Below are positions 59,696 to 64,000 of a stretch of 64,000 nt of DNA, one piece after another. Location of the stretch: contig JAJPIV010000048.1 in assembly GCA_021324595.1 (NCBI GenBank), positions 1,876-65,875 of the forward strand, given 5' to 3'. A model generated the notes under the pieces. That model saw only the letters and a list, made by a program, of their open reading frames with translations, did no database searches and was not told where the DNA came from. Numbering within the stretch: the stretch's first letter is position 1; each line of letters starts with the position of its first letter. The DNA comes from Actinomycetota bacterium. Its GTDB lineage: Bacteria; Actinomycetota; Actinomycetes; Streptosporangiales; Streptosporangiaceae. The position numbers and the translations under genes are program-made.

Positions 59696-59758
59696 GCTGG
59701 GACGCCGCGTGCCGCCGACCAGGCACCCGCGGAGGGCGCCGGGGAAGAGCGATGCGCG

Positions 59759-61366
59759 ATGACTGACGCGGCCGTCACGGCATCAGGTCCGGGCTCTCCT
59801 TCGCTGCCCGGGCGGACGGCACGGGCCGCGCCAGGCCGGCTGACGCGGGCACTGCCCGGTATCGCCGTGGCCGGGATTGCCGCGTCGCTGCTCATCATGA
59901 TCGCGGCCTCGCTGCTGCGGAGCAGCTGGATGTTCCCGCACCTGGCCGTCCCGGCCGCGGGCCCGCCGTTCGAGCTGGGCTCCGTCCGGGTGCCCGCGGC
60001 GGCCGTGCTCGGCGCACTCTGGCTCGCCGGGCTCGCGGGAACGGCCGGCGTCGCCGCGGGGCTGCTCGCGGTTCACCGGGGGGCACGGCTTCCCGCGGGC
60101 CTGCTCATCGTGACCGGCGCGGCGGCCGCCCTGGCCCTGGCCTTCCTGCCGCCGGTCGGATCGAGCGACGCGCTCGACTACGCCACCTATGGGCGGATCG
60201 CGGTGCTCGGCCACAGCCCCTACGTGATGACCCCGGTCCACCTGCGGCAGATCCACGACGCGTTCGCCAGGTCGGTGCCGCGCAAGTGGGAGCACCAGGT
60301 CAGCGTCTACGGGCCGCTGGCGACGGCGGAGCAGTTCCTCGCGGCCTTTCTCGGCGGGGCCTCGATGGCGCGGATCACCTTCTGGCTGAAGCTGTGGACG
60401 GCCCTGTCCTTCGGCGTGGTGGCGCTCGCGCTCGAGCTTGCGCTGCGCCGTGACCCGACCAGGCGGGCCCGCGGCCACCTGCTGTGGACCGCCAACCCGC
60501 TGCTGCTGTGGGTGCTGGTCGCCGCCGGGCACGTCGACGCGCTTCCCGCGGCCGCGGGGGTCATCGCGATCCTCCTCGCCCGGTCCGGGCCGTCGCTCTG
60601 GCGGGCGGCGGTGGCGGGCGCGCTCGTCGGGATCGCCGCCGATTTCAAGATCAACTATATCCTCTTCGCGCTGGGCATTGCCTGGGCGCTCCGCCGCTCG
60701 CTCGCCGCCATGGCGGCGGCGGCGGCCGCGGGGCTGGCGACCGTGGTGCCCCCGTACGCGGCCTTCGGCCTTCCGCTGGTCAGGGCCATCCTGCACCGGG
60801 GCAACAAGAGCAGCGCGGATGACTTCTACCGGCTGATCACCAGCGCCTACCCGCACCTGCTCCACGTGATCACGTGGGTGTCGGCCACGCTCGTGATCGT
60901 CATGGCCGGGGCGCTCCTGCTGCGCCTGCCGCCGGGTGCCCCGGCCAGGCCGGCCGTGCGGCCCGCGCTGGCGGCGGGCGTCGCCTGGGTGTTCTTCTGG
61001 TCGTACCTGCTGCCCTGGTACGACGCCATGATCATCTGCCTGCTCCCGCTGTACCCGGTGACCCTGCTCGACTGGCTCGTCCTGGCCAGGCTGGCGGCGG
61101 GCACGATCGCCAGCCTCCCGGGGAACCCGTGGCCGCCCCGGAGCCCCGTCGCGGCGTGGATCGAGTCGCAGCTGGTTGGCCGCGCCGCCCCGCTGGTCAT
61201 GCTCCTCGCCGGCCTGGGCCTCATCGCCTTGTGCGCATCCGGGCGCTGGACGGCGCGCTGGTACGGCGAGCGCCTGTCGCGGCCGGGCGGGCGCGGCGGC
61301 GGCTGGCCCGCCTGCGGGACATTCGCCCCTAGCGGGAAGCGGGCGGATGCTCCAGGCTCGGATTGA
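59759..61366 (+). CDS. GT-C polyprenol-phosphomannose-dependent mannosyltransferase (MptA/MptB-like)
   Basis: SSDALDYATYGR, GHSPY, SVYGPL, ANPL, GHVD; multiple TM segments. Confidence 0.82.
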   Translation: MTDAAVTASGPGSPSLPGRTARAAPGRLTRALPGIAVAGIAASLLIMIAASLLRSSWMFPHLAVPAAGPPFELGSVRVPAAAVLGALWLAGLAGTAGVAAGLLAVHRGARLPAGLLIVTGAAAALALAFLPPVGSSDALDYATYGRIAVLGHSPYVMTPVHLRQIHDAFARSVPRKWEHQVSVYGPLATAEQFLAAFLGGASMARITFWLKLWTALSFGVVALALELALRRDPTRRARGHLLWTANPLLLWVLVAAGHVDALPAAAGVIAILLARSGPSLWRAAVAGALVGIAADFKINYILFALGIAWALRRSLAAMAAAAAAGLATVVPPYAAFGLPLVRAILHRGNKSSADDFYRLITSAYPHLLHVITWVSATLVIVMAGALLLRLPPGAPARPAVRPALAAGVAWVFFWSYLLPWYDAMIICLLPLYPVTLLDWLVLARLAAGTIASLPGNPWPPRSPVAAWIESQLVGRAAPLVMLLAGLGLIALCASGRWTARWYGERLSRPGGRGGGWPACGTFAPSGKRADAPGSD

Positions 61367-61408
61367 CGTGCCGGGGCCGGCCCGGCCCGTAGCATCGGAG
61401 GAGCCCGG

Positions 61409-62578
61409 GTGACCCAGCCAGACGGAACGTGGCCGCCGCCGGAGCCGGGCGCCGCAGGCGCCCGGGCCAGCGACGACCAGGTCAGGCGCTGGCGGCAGAT
61501 GCTGGCCAGCGAGCGGGACGCCGCCGAGCTGTACGCGAGGCTGGCCCGGGCCGAGGCCGGCGAGCGCAGGAACATCCTCGAGGAGCTTGCGGCGGTCGAG
61601 CGCCGCCACGCCGCCCACTGGGAGGCCAAGCTCACCGCGGCGGGGGCGGCCGTGCCGCCAGCCGGCGCGCCGAGCCTGCGGACCAGGCTCCTGGCCACCG
61701 CGGCGCGCGCGTTCTCCGCGCGGGCCGTCCTGCCGATGATCGAGCGGGCGGAACGAGCCGACGCGGGCATGTACGACCACGAGCCGGACGCGGCTCCGGG
61801 GATGGCGCAGGACGAGCGGGGGCACGCCCGCGCCCTGGCCAGGCTGGCCGCCAGCCGGCCCGGGCCCCGCGAGCAGATATCCCGGCGCGAGCCCTGGCAC
61901 CGGGGGGACCGCTCGGGCGCGCTGCGCGCCGCGGTCTTCGGCGTCAGCGACGGGCTGGTGTCCAACACCTCGCTGGTGATGGGATTCGCCGGCTCGGGGG
62001 CGGCCAGGACCACGGTCCTGCTGGCCGGGGTGGCCGGGCTGCTCGCCGGGTCCTTCTCGATGGCGGCCGGGGAGTACGTCTCGATGACCAGCCAGCGGGA
62101 GATGTACCAGCGCGAGATCTCGCTGGAGGCGGCCGAGCTGGCCGAGAACCCCGAGGAGGAGCGGGCCGAGCTGGCGCTGCTGTACCGGGCCAAGGGGCTG
62201 CCGCGAGCCGACGCCGAGCGCCTGGCCGCCCAGATCATGAGCGACCGGAAGGTCGCGCTGGACACCCTGGCCCGCGAGGAGCTGGGCCTGGACCCCACCG
62301 CGCTCGGCTCCCCGTGGGCGGCCGCGATCTGGAGCTTCCTCGCGTTCGCCGCGGGCGCGCTCGTCGTCGTGCTGCCGTACCTGGCCGCGTCCGGCACCGT
62401 CGCGCTGCTCATCGCGATCGGGCTCGCGGCGGCGGCCCTGCTGCTGGTCGGCGGCGGGATCGGCGCGCTGAACGGCCGCCCCGCGATCCGCTCCGGGCTG
62501 CGCCAGCTCCTCGTCGGCGCGCTCGCCGCGGCGGTCACCTTCGGCGTCGGCCACCTGATCGGGGTGAGCGTCTCCTAG
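61409..62578 (+). CDS. VIT1/CCC1 transporter with N-terminal rubrerythrin/ferritin-like domain
   Basis: ExxH motifs (ERRH, ERGH); AVFGVSDGLVS, SMAAGEYVS, REELG. Confidence 0.92.
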   Translation: MTQPDGTWPPPEPGAAGARASDDQVRRWRQMLASERDAAELYARLARAEAGERRNILEELAAVERRHAAHWEAKLTAAGAAVPPAGAPSLRTRLLATAARAFSARAVLPMIERAERADAGMYDHEPDAAPGMAQDERGHARALARLAASRPGPREQISRREPWHRGDRSGALRAAVFGVSDGLVSNTSLVMGFAGSGAARTTVLLAGVAGLLAGSFSMAAGEYVSMTSQREMYQREISLEAAELAENPEEERAELALLYRAKGLPRADAERLAAQIMSDRKVALDTLAREELGLDPTALGSPWAAAIWSFLAFAAGALVVVLPYLAASGTVALLIAIGLAAAALLLVGGGIGALNGRPAIRSGLRQLLVGALAAAVTFGVGHLIGVSVS

Positions 62579-62623
62579 CGGGACGGCCGGGCCTGGCGCG
62601 GAGCCGGCCAGCGGGCGCGGCGC

Positions 62624-63112
62624 TCAGCCAGCCGCCACCCGCACGGCAAGGCCGGGGCGGTGCGCCAGCCGCTCCGCCGGGCAGTGGTGCAGGCGCCCGC
62701 GCACGCGGCTGTGCGACCGCCGCCCCACCACCAGCAGGACCGCGCCGACCTCGCGCGCGGCCCGCTCCAGCTCGGTGGCCGGATCCCCGGTCCGGACCAG
62801 GAATCGCCAGGCCAAGCCGCCGGATCCGAGGATCTGCGCGGCGTCGAGGAACGCGGCGGCCTCCGTCTCGCTCACCTCGGGCGGGGTCAGCGCGACCGCC
62901 ACGCCGGACAGCCCGGAAAGCCACATCCACCACGGCGGCCAGTGATCGACGTGCACGGCGACCACCGCCGCGCCCAGGCACCCGGCGGCGTCCGCGGCGG
63001 CACGCAGCGCCAGCCGGCCGGAGTCGGACCCGTCCACGCCCGCCACCACCGGCCCCGCTCGCCACCCGGCGGGCAGCGCGCCGCCTCGCTCGACGCCCGG
63101 GGACGCGGCCAC
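62624..63112 (-). CDS. Universal stress protein
   Basis: VVAGVDGS, GDPATEL, LLVVG. Confidence 0.82.
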   Translation of the reverse strand: MAASPGVERGGALPAGWRAGPVVAGVDGSDSGRLALRAAADAAGCLGAAVVAVHVDHWPPWWMWLSGLSGVAVALTPPEVSETEAAAFLDAAQILGSGGLAWRFLVRTGDPATELERAAREVGAVLLVVGRRSHSRVRGRLHHCPAERLAHRPGLAVRVAAG

Positions 63113-63169
63113 CAGAACCTCACGCCGGCACTGAACGCACCAACCACCTGATGTGACGATACACCTGCA

Positions 63170-64000
63170 CTACGCAGAGCCGCACGACGCAGGACGGCCG
63201 GCGGTCCCCTGCGGCCCGGCGGTCCCCTGCGGCCCGGCGGTCCCCTGCGGCCCGGCGGCGGGCCGGCGCTCATCTCCCGGCGGGCCGCCGCGGGGAGCGG
63301 GCCGGCGCCAGCCGCCGTCCCGCGCGAGCAGGTGCCCCACCAGCAGGGCGGTGCTCCCGGCGACCTGCCGCGAGGTGACCGCGTGCCACGGCCGCCGCAT
63401 CGGCGTCCCGGGCACCGGCACCTCGGCCAGCTCGCCGGAGGCCAGGCGGGCCGCTACCGCCTCGCGCGAGACCAGCGTGACGCCCAGCCCGGCCATGGCG
63501 CCCGCGACCACCGCGCCGTGCGATCCGAGGGTGAGCCGGGGCGGGTCGGCCTCCCACCCGGCGAGCAGCGCCTCGCAGGCCGCCCGGGTCCCCGAGCCGG
63601 CCTCGCGGAGCAGCCAGCGCGTCCGGCCGAGGTCGAAACTGGCCGCCACGGCGGGGGCCGCCACCACCACGAGCGTGTTCGCCCGCAGCGCCTGGATGCG
63701 GACCGACCCGGCCAGGTGGCGCGGGGGCCGGCCGGCGATCGCCAGGTCCGCCTGGTGGGTGACCAGCAGCTCCCACACCCGCTCGCTGGTGGCCACCTCC
63801 AGGCGCAGGTCCACGCCAGGATGGCGGGCCAGGAACGAGGCTAGCAGCGCGGGCAGCACGTGCTCCCCGGCCGTGGTCACCGCGGCCACCCGGATCCGGC
63901 CGTGCTCAGGGTCCTGGACCCCGCGCGCCGCGGCGAGCGCCTCCTCGTGCAGGCCCAGGATCGTCCTGGCGTACCCGGCGTATGCCTCGCCGGGTACGGT
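63170..64000 (-). CDS. LysR family regulator, CbbR/CysL-like (5' end outside the window)
   Basis: GEAYAGYARTILGL, RVAAVTTAGEHVLP, DLAIAGRPP, REAGSGTR, AGLGVTLVS. Confidence 0.88.
   Translation of the reverse strand, partial: TVPGEAYAGYARTILGLHEEALAAARGVQDPEHGRIRVAAVTTAGEHVLPALLASFLARHPGVDLRLEVATSERVWELLVTHQADLAIAGRPPRHLAGSVRIQALRANTLVVVAAPAVAASFDLGRTRWLLREAGSGTRAACEALLAGWEADPPRLTLGSHGAVVAGAMAGLGVTLVSREAVAARLASGELAEVPVPGTPMRRPWHAVTSRQVAGSTALLVGHLLARDGGWRRPAPRGGPPGDERRPAAGPQGTAGPQGTAGPQGTAGRPASCGSA
63198..63258. repeat. 18-bp tandem repeat x3.4, encodes GPQGTA
   Basis: CCGGCGGTCCCCTGCGGC repeated in the LysR C-terminal tail. Confidence 0.9.

Overview
Very GC-rich, gene-dense bacterial DNA whose gene families (DUF397/XRE pair, Rv1733c-like, MMPL, MptB-like, WS/DGAT) point to an actinomycete. 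About 60 genes, mostly accessory metabolism: amidase-WS/DGAT-hydrolase operon, GH65/beta-PGM pair, a glutamine-synthetase-like amine catabolism operon, an oxalate-CoA-ligase/PanE-like pair, agmatinase unit, a sulfide/persulfide module (rhodanese, OsmC, desulfurase-like, DsrE, TusE/DsrC, SQR), USP-xfp-ackA and other genes with DosR-like boxes, wecB/wecC-like pair, acuC, divergent ilvC, class I aldolase and a truncated LysR gene. The standout is a tightly coupled minus-strand operon at 41878-45093. It resembles the methylamine-dehydrogenase maturation genes (two MauD-like, one MauE-like, one MauF-like) around a Tat-signal, 18-Cys, MauA-like small protein, but has no heavy chain or MauG in the window. 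Its MauF-like gene has an in-frame TGA at the expected Cys of an S-P-C-G motif, followed by hairpins, so it is a candidate selenoprotein. Also notable are a RelA/SpoT-fold toxin-like gene with a coupled small partner and a decayed Phd-VapC module. No rRNA, tRNA, CRISPR array or transposase was seen. All assignments come from motif recognition by eye; no searches were run.
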